Origin: an uncultured Erysipelotrichaceae bacterium
GTDB lineage: Bacteria; Bacillota_I; Bacilli_A; RFN20; CAG-826
Assembly: GCA_900314585.1 (NCBI GenBank)
Contig: OMVV01000002.1
Span: forward strand, 14,681-78,680
Length of the DNA stretch: 64,000 nucleotides
Reading direction: 5' to 3'
Part shown: positions 1-8,991 of the stretch, piece by piece
How positions within the stretch are numbered: position 1 is the first letter of the stretch
Layout of the letters: the number at the start of each line of letters is the position of its first letter
Translations under genes and position numbers: made by a program
The notes under the pieces: model-generated
What the model was told of the DNA's origin: nothing
The model's database searches: none
The model's input: the letters and a program-made list of their open reading frames with translations, nothing else

Positions 1-24
1 CCGGGTGCTTCCGGCGGTCAAATC

Positions 25-1176
25 ATGGAAGCATATACGATGAAAAAGCAAGGTATGGAAGTATCTACTTCTGCGTCTATCCTTATTATGTCTTTCATCG
101 TCTATCAGATTTGTTTGATTATTTTAGGTGCAGTTGGTTTATTCTTCTCTAACGGCTTACTTATATCCATCGCAACCTTTGATTTAAACATCAATGGAGT
201 GATCATTCCAATCCCAACCATTTTATTTACCATCTTAGGTTTTTTACTTAACCTTATCGTTATCTTAATGCTCTTTTTGATGTCTTATTCACATAAGATT
301 CATAACTTTATTCTTCATAGGGGTATCAACTTCCTTGCAAAGTTAAAGTTAGTTAAGAATCCAGAAGAAAAAAGAGAATCACTTCGTATTCAAGTTGAAA
401 ACTTCAAGATTGAACTTCGTCGTTTACTTTCTAACATCCCAATATTTATATTGATGATCCTTTGTTGGACAGTTGTCCTCATTATTAGATTTTCAATTCC
501 ATTCTGGGCAGGATTAGCGTTAGATGGATATGGATATTGCCTTAACTCCGATGGCTCACTTTTGATTAAGTCAATTGTGGACTCACGTGGACAACCAGTT
601 GGATTCGCTCCTGTTATGTCTACAGGTGGACCAGATATTCAAAGCTTCTGGCAAGGTGTGTTTTTATCTTCATATCACCAGATGGCAACTGGTCTTGTGC
701 CAATTCCAGGTGCGGCGGGTATTTCTGAATACTTCTTCTCCACAATCTTCTCGAAATATTATATTTCGTCATATATCACCACCGCCGCGCAGATCATTTG
801 GAGATTTTCAACCTTCCACATTGTTTTGTTGATCGCTGGTGTGGTTGCCGCGACATATCGTTCTTCTCCGAAGAATCAAGTCCATCACGCGAACCGCAAG
901 AGCTTTGTTACCTTGCAATATCAAACTTATGCTGAACGTAAGATGACATCTGAGACGATGTATGATGCCTCTGCTTTAAGCGCGCGAGCGGTCCAGGAAC
1001 GTTTGAAGGCACTCGCGAAGCAAGAAAACAAACTCAAAGAAACTGATGAAGTAAAGAAAAAGGAAAAACCAAAGAAAATAAAACCTGAGAAGACTAAAAA
1101 AGTTAAGAAAGCGAAAAAAAGAAAACATACTGACTATGATGATTGGGATGAGATTCAAGCAGGAGATGAATATTGA
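25..1176 (+). CDS. Polytopic membrane protein of the flippase-like / UPF0104 (lysyl-PG synthase TM-region) type with a polybasic C-terminal tail. N-terminus uncertain; the frame is open to position 1, so the gene may begin upstream of the window.
   Basis: Multiple hydrophobic helices throughout the first ~300 aa. C-terminal ~80 aa is Lys-rich (KKKEKPKKIKPEKTKKVKKAKKRKH) and ends acidic (DYDDWDEIQAGDEY). TGA stop at 1174-1176 overlaps the recX ATG. Confidence 0.45.
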   Translation: MEAYTMKKQGMEVSTSASILIMSFIVYQICLIILGAVGLFFSNGLLISIATFDLNINGVIIPIPTILFTILGFLLNLIVILMLFLMSYSHKIHNFILHRGINFLAKLKLVKNPEEKRESLRIQVENFKIELRRLLSNIPIFILMILCWTVVLIIRFSIPFWAGLALDGYGYCLNSDGSLLIKSIVDSRGQPVGFAPVMSTGGPDIQSFWQGVFLSSYHQMATGLVPIPGAAGISEYFFSTIFSKYYISSYITTAAQIIWRFSTFHIVLLIAGVVAATYRSSPKNQVHHANRKSFVTLQYQTYAERKMTSETMYDASALSARAVQERLKALAKQENKLKETDEVKKKEKPKKIKPEKTKKVKKAKKRKHTDYDDWDEIQAGDEY

Positions 1177-1952
1177 TGAACATTTCAAAAGTCATTAAGC
1201 GAATCAAAATCGGTGAAAAGAAAGTTGTAATCATCTTTGATGATGAGTCTAAACTTGAGATTCGCCCAAACGTCTATACTGAATTTAATTTCTTCAAAGG
1301 AAAAGCGATGTCAAAAAAAGACATCAAGGAAGTTGAAGAAGTTAATCAAATCGATGAATTTGTATCCTATGCGACTAAGTTATGCGCCTTAAAAAGCTAT
1401 ACGAAGTCAAAGATCAAAGAGAAACTAATCAAAAAAGGGGCAAATGAGGCCCAATGTGACAAGGTAATCGATGTGTTGATAAAATATCAACTCCTCGATG
1501 AAAAAGCCTTTATAAAGGAATATCTTGAATATGCTACTTATCGTAAATATGGATATAACCGCATCAAAGATGAACTTTATAAGAAAGGATTATCTTCTTA
1601 TCAAATTAATAACGTTAAATATGATGAGAAAAGAGATCTTACTCTAGCAAGAGAGCTTGTGAAACCATATGAGAAGAAATATAACAAATATTCCTACTCA
1701 GCGATGAAGTCACATATATACGCTGCTCTTCTTAGACAAGGCTATACCTATGATGTTGCCTCAAAAGCCTTAGAAGAAGTATCTCCGATCGACTTAAAGA
1801 AAGAAAAAGAGTTACTAAAGATTGAATATCAAAAAGCCAAACGTAAATATGAAAGTAAATATGGAGATAAAACATCAAAAGAAAAGATCATTCAGTATTT
1901 GTTAGCTAAAGGCTTTATGTATAAAGACATTATTTCACTTAAGGAGGAATAA
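1176..1952 (+). CDS. recX: RecX-like regulatory protein
   Basis: ~258 aa helical-repeat protein. AGGAG at 1161-1165 lies 10 nt before ATG 1176 (the track's TTG start at 1173 is rejected). Repeated aromatic/K-rich helical modules are typical of Firmicutes RecX. Confidence 0.6.
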   Translation: MNISKVIKRIKIGEKKVVIIFDDESKLEIRPNVYTEFNFFKGKAMSKKDIKEVEEVNQIDEFVSYATKLCALKSYTKSKIKEKLIKKGANEAQCDKVIDVLIKYQLLDEKAFIKEYLEYATYRKYGYNRIKDELYKKGLSSYQINNVKYDEKRDLTLARELVKPYEKKYNKYSYSAMKSHIYAALLRQGYTYDVASKALEEVSPIDLKKEKELLKIEYQKAKRKYESKYGDKTSKEKIIQYLLAKGFMYKDIISLKEE

Positions 1953-1954
1953 AT

Positions 1955-2893
1955 ATGAAATGGATTAAAGATTTTGTTGATGGTGACCGCATCATTGGTC
2001 AACTTTTAGTGACCAGCGCTTCTAAAGGCGTCACTGAAAAAGGAATGGCGTACATTAATGTCACTTTCCAAGATAAAAGTGGGACGATTGAAGCAAAGAA
2101 ATGGGACGCGAGCGATGAAGACTTATCATTACTTATCCCGGGTTCAGTTGTTCTTGTAGACGCGCGTGTCAATTTATATAAGAACGTCAATCAGCTTAAG
2201 ATTCAGTCAATATCAAAGATTGATGATATCTCTGAAGTTGATTTATCAAACTTCCAAAGAGTGTCTCCTCTTCCTTTAGATGAAATGAAGAAAAGATTAG
2301 ATGCTTATTTAAATTCATTCAAAGATAAGGATGTTGAAAAGATTACAAAAGCAGTTATCGCGCATTTCTATGATAAATACATCACTTATCCTGCTGCGGT
2401 GAAGATTCATCATGAATTTGGTAGCGGCATCCTCCACCACTCCTTAGCGATGGCGGATTTAGCAGAAGATATCGCGAAACGTTACCCACAAGTTGACCGC
2501 GATCTTCTTGTCGCAGGTGCGCTTATGCACGATATAGGAAAAACCATTGAATATGAAAATCCACTTATGCCAGTGCAAACAGTTGAAGGCAAGCTTTGTG
2601 GGCATATCGCAATTATGTATGCTGAGTTTAAGAAGATTGTTGATGAACTTAACATCAAATCCGAAGTTCCAATCCTTCTTGAACATATGATTTTAGCTCA
2701 CCATGGCAAGATGGAATGGGGCTCACCTGTTAATCCTGCGACCCGTGAAGCGTGGTTATTATCTCAAATCGACTTAATCGATTCCCATATGATGGTGCTT
2801 GATAAGGCCCTTGATCCAGTCAAAGAAGGCGAGTTCACTCCAAGATTATGGGTTATGGATGACGTCAGCTTCTATAAACCAAAGAAACGTTAA
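1955..2893 (+). CDS. yhaM: 3'-5' exoribonuclease YhaM (OB-fold + HD domain)
   Basis: N-terminal OB-fold followed by an HD domain (HHSLAMADLAEDIA...LMHDIGK...LAHHGK). AAGGAGG sits 9 nt upstream of the ATG. Length 312 aa, matching YhaM. Confidence 0.8.
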   Translation: MKWIKDFVDGDRIIGQLLVTSASKGVTEKGMAYINVTFQDKSGTIEAKKWDASDEDLSLLIPGSVVLVDARVNLYKNVNQLKIQSISKIDDISEVDLSNFQRVSPLPLDEMKKRLDAYLNSFKDKDVEKITKAVIAHFYDKYITYPAAVKIHHEFGSGILHHSLAMADLAEDIAKRYPQVDRDLLVAGALMHDIGKTIEYENPLMPVQTVEGKLCGHIAIMYAEFKKIVDELNIKSEVPILLEHMILAHHGKMEWGSPVNPATREAWLLSQIDLIDSHMMVLDKALDPVKEGEFTPRLWVMDDVSFYKPKKR

Positions 2894-2902
2894 TATCAAA
2901 GA

Positions 2903-2927
2903 GGATGCGAAGGCATCCTTTTTCTTT
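2903..2927 (+). terminator. Rho-independent terminator after yhaM
   Basis: GGATGCgaagGCATCC hairpin followed by TTTTTCTTT. Confidence 0.55.
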
Positions 2928-3005
2928 AACAATAAATTGTTAAGAGGATAAACGAAAACACAAAGAGTTTACTGTAGTATACTTTTTTGCTATTTTGTTA
3001 TCACA

Positions 3006-3638
3006 ATGATTTTCACTTCTTACGACTATATTGATAAATATATTGAAGTATTGAATTATTTGATCGCGAGATCAATAAGCGAGCAATACTCTTTTGATCA
3101 TATTGAGAAAACTATTGCTAGATCCCTTCCATTTACAAGATTTGAAAAATCAGATGTCACCACCATTGCTTTTTCAAGCCCAAAAGAGATTTACTCTGAA
3201 TTGTTTCCGAATATCAAAGGCGATTTTGTTATTAATCCTAACGATATTTACGGTTGGATTGCTTTCGCCTATATCAATATCTTCTTAAAGAAACAGGTTA
3301 CCTTTGAAACAATCTTTGCTGCCCTACCACTTGAAAAGATGCTTCTTTATTATGGTCCATATCATGAAATGGATATTAGCCAACTTCTTGAACTGTTCGA
3401 TGAGAAGGTTGGTAAATCACATCTTGATTTATTTATGAAGAAAAGCGATATGTCTTGCGTTGAACTTGCAAAGCAAACAAATATTCCATTACCGACAATA
3501 AAAGCGTTGCGATACGGACATCGCGATATTGCTAAAATGGAACTATATCGAACAATTCTTATTTCTTCAGTACTTCATATTAAAGTGGAATCACTATTAG
3601 ATAAGATTCCCCTAGATTTACAACAAATAGAAAACTGA
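3006..3638 (+). CDS. Hypothetical protein with a C-terminal helix-turn-helix (XRE-like) motif
   Basis: 210 aa ORF with no recognisable SD. The C-terminus (SCVELAKQTNIPLPTIKALRYGHRDIAKMELYRTILIS) reads as an HTH. A bidirectional hairpin at the stop is shared with the convergent HIT gene. Confidence 0.45.
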   Translation: MIFTSYDYIDKYIEVLNYLIARSISEQYSFDHIEKTIARSLPFTRFEKSDVTTIAFSSPKEIYSELFPNIKGDFVINPNDIYGWIAFAYINIFLKKQVTFETIFAALPLEKMLLYYGPYHEMDISQLLELFDEKVGKSHLDLFMKKSDMSCVELAKQTNIPLPTIKALRYGHRDIAKMELYRTILISSVLHIKVESLLDKIPLDLQQIEN

Positions 3639-3658
3639 CCCTTAGGTCAGCTTCTTTT

Positions 3659-4078
3659 TTATTTAAGTTCTTTTGATATCTCTTGTGCGAGCACTGGAAG
3701 GGAGAGATCTTTAAGATTGTTATTTTCCTTCATTTCAATCTTGAAGCCCTCTTGTTTCTCGTACCTAGGGATAACGTGAACATGGAAGTGAAATACGCTT
3801 TGTCCAGCCTCTTTATTAACATTAGTTAAGATATTCACACCTTTGGCCCCTAAACGGAGCATTTGGGCTTGGCCAATCCTTTGAGCGACATCCATGACTT
3901 TATGCATCACTTCTTTTGGAGTTGCTAAAAAGTTATCATAATGGACCTTTGGGATAACTAAGGTGTGACCTTTGGTGACTTGGGAAATATCAAGGAAGGC
4001 TAAAACATCATCATCTTCATAAACTTTATGTGATGGGATCTCACCTTTAACAATTTTACAAAAAACGCAATCGTTCAT
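3659..4078 (-). CDS. HIT-family (histidine triad) nucleotide hydrolase
   Basis: HFHVHVIP histidine-triad motif. Start re-placed on ATG 4076-4078 (AGGAG 7 nt upstream); the track's longer ORF begins on TTG at 4108. Confidence 0.8.
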   Translation of the reverse strand: MNDCVFCKIVKGEIPSHKVYEDDDVLAFLDISQVTKGHTLVIPKVHYDNFLATPKEVMHKVMDVAQRIGQAQMLRLGAKGVNILTNVNKEAGQSVFHFHVHVIPRYEKQEGFKIEMKENNNLKDLSLPVLAQEISKELK

Positions 4079-4095
4079 CTTTTTTCTCCTATTAA

Positions 4096-4122
4096 AAGAG
4101 GAGCACAAGCTCCCCTTTATTT
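4096..4122 (-). terminator. Weak terminator-like hairpin after lipoprotein gene 4125-5945
   Basis: Minus-strand GGAGC-ttgt-GCTCC hairpin followed by TCTTTTAAT; the T-run is poor. Confidence 0.35.
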
Positions 4123-4124
4123 AA

Positions 4125-5945
4125 TTAATCTTCGAATAAATCTGGATATGTTTCTTTTAGATATTCATACACAGAAGTATCGTGATATGTGAAGGTGTAA
4201 AGCTTGAGGTATGAGGTATACGCATTAGTTGTGTATGTATCCTTTGTACCTAAAATCTTTGCGATTTGACGCGCGACTTCTTCAGTTTTGAATGGATGAT
4301 CTGGATCGGTATTTAGATAGCTCTTATCAGAATTGATGTTGAGTTTAGAGGTTGAAGGTGCTTCAATGATTTCAACAATGTGAAGAGCAGAATTGCTATC
4401 ATCTGATAAGATGAAGTCATTCTTTTCATCAGAGATTGTGGTTGGAGTTAAGTATTTATGACCCTTAACTTCATCAAAATATGATTCACCTTTAACATAG
4501 GACCAATCCTTCTTATCGAAGTCGTTGGACACTTTGATGTTGAAGAGACGGTTTTTGACATCTTCTGGAAGGGAAGATAAAGAACCATCTTTATCATTTT
4601 TAACATACCAGCCATCGTCAGCGTAATCTTCTAAGGCAAGTTCGGTAATCTTTTCCATTAAACCGAGTTCTTTGGATTGTTTACCGCTTTTGGTGAATTC
4701 ATTATATTGAGCAGTGTCTTCACTTGAAGCAAAACGAGTGGCTTCGCCAACAACTGCTTTTTCATAATTCTTTAAGATTTCACCGAGTTTGGTCTTTTCG
4801 TAGTAAGAAAATGCAGCATCAAAACCATACTTTTCAAGTTCTGGTCTTGGGTCGAATGTTTCGCCAGTAGCTTCACATTTAGCAACGAATTCTTTTTTCG
4901 CGCCATAGATTTCATCTAATTTAGCTTCAGTTGCAGCATCCACATCAAGTGGTTCAATAGCAGGATAGATGACACCATAGACGACGTGAGTCTTAATGCC
5001 ACCAAAACCTTTGACCCAGCTGATTAGACTATCGTAGGAAACATCGTTTCCAACAACTTCGTCACTCTTTAGATATGAATCAACAAAGAGGGACATTAAT
5101 CTATAAGCGGTATTTGGATCTTCGCTAGAATATTTGATCGAAACATAGTTGATCTTACGACCATAGGCTCTACCTAAGGCAGAGTAGTTGTTATCGATAA
5201 TATATTCTTCGATGAGTCGATCTTTATAGACATCTGGGATGATTTTACGAGTGATGTAATCTTCGTATGTATCTTCAAAGTTAGTTAAATATTTACGAAC
5301 ATTTTCTTCTTTGAAGTCATTATCGACGAATTCTTTCTTGAAGGCGAATCCTTCTTGAACATTACCATTTTCATCAAATCCTTTGATGTCATATGTTTCT
5401 TGACGTTTGGCGCGAGCGTATTTTTCTTCAAGGAATTCAGTCTTATTGACTGTGTCTTTGTATGATTCGGAGGAGATTTCATCAAAGATAACCTTGTCGA
5501 TACGACGATTCAAATCATCATAGAAATATGATAAACGGGAGAGTCGAAGAGCATCTAATGTTGCTTCATCGTTATGGGCCACCACTGCATCACTTTCTTT
5601 GATGAATTGATGCGCGTGGCTATTGATGTGGGCACGGGCCTTATCGAGGTCCATTGTGCCACTTGGGAAGATCGCTTTAAGTTCAGCATAGCTGCCGAAT
5701 TCTTTTTCCGCGATTTTTTCAAGTAAGGCGGAGACGACCTTTTCATTCTTATTGGATGAAAGGGCATCATAGATTTCACCTAACTTATTTTCATCATCTG
5801 GATAGGCATTACCATCCTTCATGACGATTGGAGTTTCATAATTAGCAGGAACTGCTTCGATGTTATCACAGGCGGACAAAATGAATGCGCTAGATAAAGC
5901 GAAGATTCCAGTGAGAAGTAATCTCTTAGAAGTGTGCTTTGCCAT
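4125..5945 (-). CDS. Large lipoprotein (606 aa), PrsA/SurA-like N-terminal region, function unknown
   Basis: Signal peptide with lipobox (LLLTGIFALSSAFILSAC). AGGAGG lies 11 nt before the ATG. Rich in D/E/Y/K. Overlaps the upstream lipoprotein gene by 20 nt, suggesting an operon. Confidence 0.7.
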   Translation of the reverse strand: MAKHTSKRLLLTGIFALSSAFILSACDNIEAVPANYETPIVMKDGNAYPDDENKLGEIYDALSSNKNEKVVSALLEKIAEKEFGSYAELKAIFPSGTMDLDKARAHINSHAHQFIKESDAVVAHNDEATLDALRLSRLSYFYDDLNRRIDKVIFDEISSESYKDTVNKTEFLEEKYARAKRQETYDIKGFDENGNVQEGFAFKKEFVDNDFKEENVRKYLTNFEDTYEDYITRKIIPDVYKDRLIEEYIIDNNYSALGRAYGRKINYVSIKYSSEDPNTAYRLMSLFVDSYLKSDEVVGNDVSYDSLISWVKGFGGIKTHVVYGVIYPAIEPLDVDAATEAKLDEIYGAKKEFVAKCEATGETFDPRPELEKYGFDAAFSYYEKTKLGEILKNYEKAVVGEATRFASSEDTAQYNEFTKSGKQSKELGLMEKITELALEDYADDGWYVKNDKDGSLSSLPEDVKNRLFNIKVSNDFDKKDWSYVKGESYFDEVKGHKYLTPTTISDEKNDFILSDDSNSALHIVEIIEAPSTSKLNINSDKSYLNTDPDHPFKTEEVARQIAKILGTKDTYTTNAYTSYLKLYTFTYHDTSVYEYLKETYPDLFED

Positions 5946-7941
5946 CGTTGCATAAACCTCCTACTTTGTTCCAAGCATCAGCATGTGACCCGTTATTTGG
6001 ATCGCCTGCGGCAGTGTGGTTGGAGAATCCAATCGCACAGGCAAGTGGGACGACCTTCTTTTGTTGAATGCTGGTCGCTTGATTGAGTGTATTGACATAA
6101 GATGTCCATTTGTTTTCCCATTCAACTTTTTCGTTGTAGGCTTTGTTTTGTTCAGAACGGGACATCCATTTGCTTAAGCCATCTGCCAAAGCAGCGTCTT
6201 GGAACGCTAATCGACCGTTGGTGAAGTATTTTCTAAACATAAAATGTTTTAAACCATCGGTATCATAACCCTTAACGGCGTTGAGGACTTCTTCAGCGCG
6301 TGATTTAAGGGTCGCGTTATCGTTATTATTACCGGAGAAGTTAACGTATGTTTGATATTTATTTGTTGCTCCGGATCCATCAGGATATGTTGGGTAGTTG
6401 TCTTGGGCTGGGAAGTATGTTGTGTAATAGTTCTCAAGCGAGGCAACTGAGACATCGGATGCGCTACCATTGACGAATTCGAATGGTGAACGGTTGATGA
6501 CGATGAAGTGGATACCTTGGTATCCACCTTCGCCAGCAGAACCACCTCTAACGACGAGGATTGGACGATACACAGTGGTATTACCAAGTTTAAAGCCTGC
6601 TGCTAAGTATGTACCAGTGAAGTTAACACCATCTTCTGGACCAAAGGTATGGAAACCTGTACCAGTAACACCACCATTTAATGTAGCAGCATATGGAGTA
6701 CCACCAGTTGGATAGACTTTGTAGTCATCAACTAATGTTGGATCGGCAGTTTCAGGTGTAACAAGCGCGAATGAGTGACGGTTGAAGTAATGGTTGAAGA
6801 AGACGTTTCTTGGATAGAAGTTGACATCTCCATCATTAACTTTTTGTCCGGATGCACCGGTTTCGCGTTTCGCGTTGGATTCAAGAACTTGGAACGCTCC
6901 AAATGGGATTGTGGCAAAGCCACCAACGCCAGAAAGAGTATCTCCATCATCTTGTTGATCTGGATCGCCAGTATATTCAACTCCGTCGACACGAACTTTA
7001 TATTCGTGAGCTTTTAAGTATGAGTTGTTCTTATAATCAACAATGGTTGAACCAAAGTTCATTGAAATCTTTGATGCTTGTGCGTCAGTTGTATGACCGT
7101 ATAAGTTTTCAAAGGCATACATCGCGTATTTAAACTCATCAATGTATTGAGCGGTCTTATCAAGGTCAACTAAACCTAGGTCTCCTTGAGGAGCAGAGTC
7201 ATCACTTAAACGGGCTGCACCTTTGAAACTACCATAGGTATTGTCTCTAAGAGCATCAGCGACGGTGAATAATTTCTTAGCGTTAGCTTCGGAAATTGTC
7301 GCATTCGCATAGTTAGTGGAATCAGCATCTTCAATTTTCACAAGGATGTGGGAGACGTGATATGGGACCTTATCCGCGAAGTAACCATTCCATGGATTGG
7401 CTTCGTAGCCAGCTGCTCCACGAGTACCATTCTTAAGAATGGACATGTTGGTGGCAACTTTCTCGAAGTTATCATTGAAGGTTTCTTCTTCATATTGATA
7501 AAGATAATAGTCGAATAATTCGCTTTCGTTTTCACAGTTCTTTTCTTTTAAGATAGCACTGAACTCTGTGTCATAAGATGTGCCATTGGACTCAGCCTTT
7601 TTGGAAGCAGTTTGTTTATCACCATCGACTGCGACTTGGGCTTTAGTCTTCAAACTAGCGAGTTGGTTTTTACCGAATTGTGGTTGATCAGCATCAACTT
7701 CAGTAAAGTAGTTCTTAATGATGATTTTATAAACTGCATCGAAAACGGTTTGATAGTTTTCAGAGTTTTTGAATTCATCACTGAGAAGGTCATCAGCTGT
7801 GTACTTGATAACGCTACCATCTGCACCAGTGTAGGTTAATATGACGCCTTCTTCGGAATAAGAGACATCACTACAAGCGGCAAGTCCGCCAACAGAGAGT
7901 AATGCGCTCATTAGCCCGATGGCTAATTTGGATTTTTTCAT
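5926..7941 (-). CDS. Large lipoprotein (~671 aa) containing a parvulin-type PPIase (PrsA-like) signature
   Basis: Lipobox MKKSKLAIGLMSALLSVGGLAAC. Start taken at the second ATG (7939-7941), which has GGAGG upstream. The internal segment YHVSHILVKIEDAD...GDLGLVD...EFKYAMYAF matches the parvulin PPIase core (HILVK ... GGDLG ... F). Confidence 0.7.
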   Translation of the reverse strand: MKKSKLAIGLMSALLSVGGLAACSDVSYSEEGVILTYTGADGSVIKYTADDLLSDEFKNSENYQTVFDAVYKIIIKNYFTEVDADQPQFGKNQLASLKTKAQVAVDGDKQTASKKAESNGTSYDTEFSAILKEKNCENESELFDYYLYQYEEETFNDNFEKVATNMSILKNGTRGAAGYEANPWNGYFADKVPYHVSHILVKIEDADSTNYANATISEANAKKLFTVADALRDNTYGSFKGAARLSDDSAPQGDLGLVDLDKTAQYIDEFKYAMYAFENLYGHTTDAQASKISMNFGSTIVDYKNNSYLKAHEYKVRVDGVEYTGDPDQQDDGDTLSGVGGFATIPFGAFQVLESNAKRETGASGQKVNDGDVNFYPRNVFFNHYFNRHSFALVTPETADPTLVDDYKVYPTGGTPYAATLNGGVTGTGFHTFGPEDGVNFTGTYLAAGFKLGNTTVYRPILVVRGGSAGEGGYQGIHFIVINRSPFEFVNGSASDVSVASLENYYTTYFPAQDNYPTYPDGSGATNKYQTYVNFSGNNNDNATLKSRAEEVLNAVKGYDTDGLKHFMFRKYFTNGRLAFQDAALADGLSKWMSRSEQNKAYNEKVEWENKWTSYVNTLNQATSIQQKKVVPLACAIGFSNHTAAGDPNNGSHADAWNKVGGLCNDGKAHF

Positions 7942-8119
7942 ATTCCCTATTTTTCCTCCTTTTTCAAACATAGTGTTTATATTCTATGCCCAACTTTGTA
8001 TAAATACAACAAACAATTTCATCAAAGGCAATAGATTAATCTATTATTCAGTGCGATTTTCTCGATTTTGATGGAATGTCACAAAAACAAAGTTTTTGAA
8101 TTAATTTTTAATCATATGA

Positions 8120-8148
8120 TTTTACTTTTTAATTGCTATCAAATACAA
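8120..8148 (+). promoter_or_regulatory. Candidate sigma-A promoter of the suf operon (TTTACT-17-TACAAT), abutted by a perfect 12-bp palindrome AATCATATGATT (8109-8120)
   Basis: Spacing and hexamers read directly from the sequence. The palindrome overlaps the -35 and is a candidate operator. Confidence 0.35.
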
Positions 8149-8175
8149 TATGTTCACTTTCAAGGAGGAAGGGAT

Positions 8176-8991
8176 ATGGCAATCTTAAAGATCAAAGACC
8201 TTGTCGTCGCGGTTAAAGATAAAGAAATCCTTAAAGGATTAAGTATTGAATTCTCGACAAATGAGACCGTCGCATTACTTGGCCCAAATGGAAATGGTAA
8301 ATCCACTCTTTTACAAACAATTATGGGTAATCCAAATTACGAGGTTAAAAGTGGATCAATTTATTATGACGATAAAGATGTTTTATCTCTTTCAACTGAT
8401 GAACGTTCTAAACTTGGTCTTTTTCTTGGTATGCAATATCCAAGTGAAGTTCCAGGTGTCAATAACTCCGATTTCTTGAAAGCTGCCTTGAACGCTCATA
8501 GGGAAAAACCAGTCTCATTATTCGAGTTCTATAAACTACTTAATAATGTGTATGAAGAAATGCACATTCCTTTTGAGATGTCCACTCGAAACTTAAATGA
8601 AGGTTTCTCTGGTGGCGAAAAGAAGAAAAATGAAATCTTGCAAATGCTCGTTCTTAATCCAGATTTAGTCTTACTTGATGAAATTGACTCTGGCTTAGAC
8701 GTTGATGCAATTCAAGTTGTCGCTTCAACGATCAAGAAGGAACAAGCAAAACGTGGATTCGTCATTGTTTCGCATTATGCGAAATTATATGAATTAATTA
8801 ATGTTGATAAAGTATATATCTTGGTAAACGGCAAAGTCGTCAAAGTTGGCGATAAGTCATTAATTAAGAAAGTCGATCAAGAAGGCTATGAATGGTTAAA
8901 AGATGAAGGCGTTGAATTCCCAAATGATGAAAAGATGTCTTCTGTTTCCATTGGTAGCTGCGCGACAAAAGAAGCTTTGAAAGGTAAATAA
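8176..8991 (+). CDS. sufC: Fe-S cluster assembly ATPase SufC
   Basis: Walker A GPNGNGKST, ABC signature FSGGEKKKNEIL, Walker B LVLLDEIDSGLD. GGAGGAAGGG precedes ATG 8176; the upstream track extension starts on a non-SD codon. Confidence 0.9.
   Translation: MAILKIKDLVVAVKDKEILKGLSIEFSTNETVALLGPNGNGKSTLLQTIMGNPNYEVKSGSIYYDDKDVLSLSTDERSKLGLFLGMQYPSEVPGVNNSDFLKAALNAHREKPVSLFEFYKLLNNVYEEMHIPFEMSTRNLNEGFSGGEKKKNEILQMLVLNPDLVLLDEIDSGLDVDAIQVVASTIKKEQAKRGFVIVSHYAKLYELINVDKVYILVNGKVVKVGDKSLIKKVDQEGYEWLKDEGVEFPNDEKMSSVSIGSCATKEALKGK

Noticed and set aside
8068-8175. Track-reported N-terminal extensions of sufC, and likewise of the HIT gene (to 4108), cmk (16813), the S1 gene (52206), the HAD gene (53758), argS (41540), the IMPase gene (44583), recX (1173) and the 16497 ORF.
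   Set aside because: These extensions begin on TTG codons with no Shine-Dalgarno. A downstream ATG with a GGAGG-type SD and a family-typical N-terminus exists in each case.
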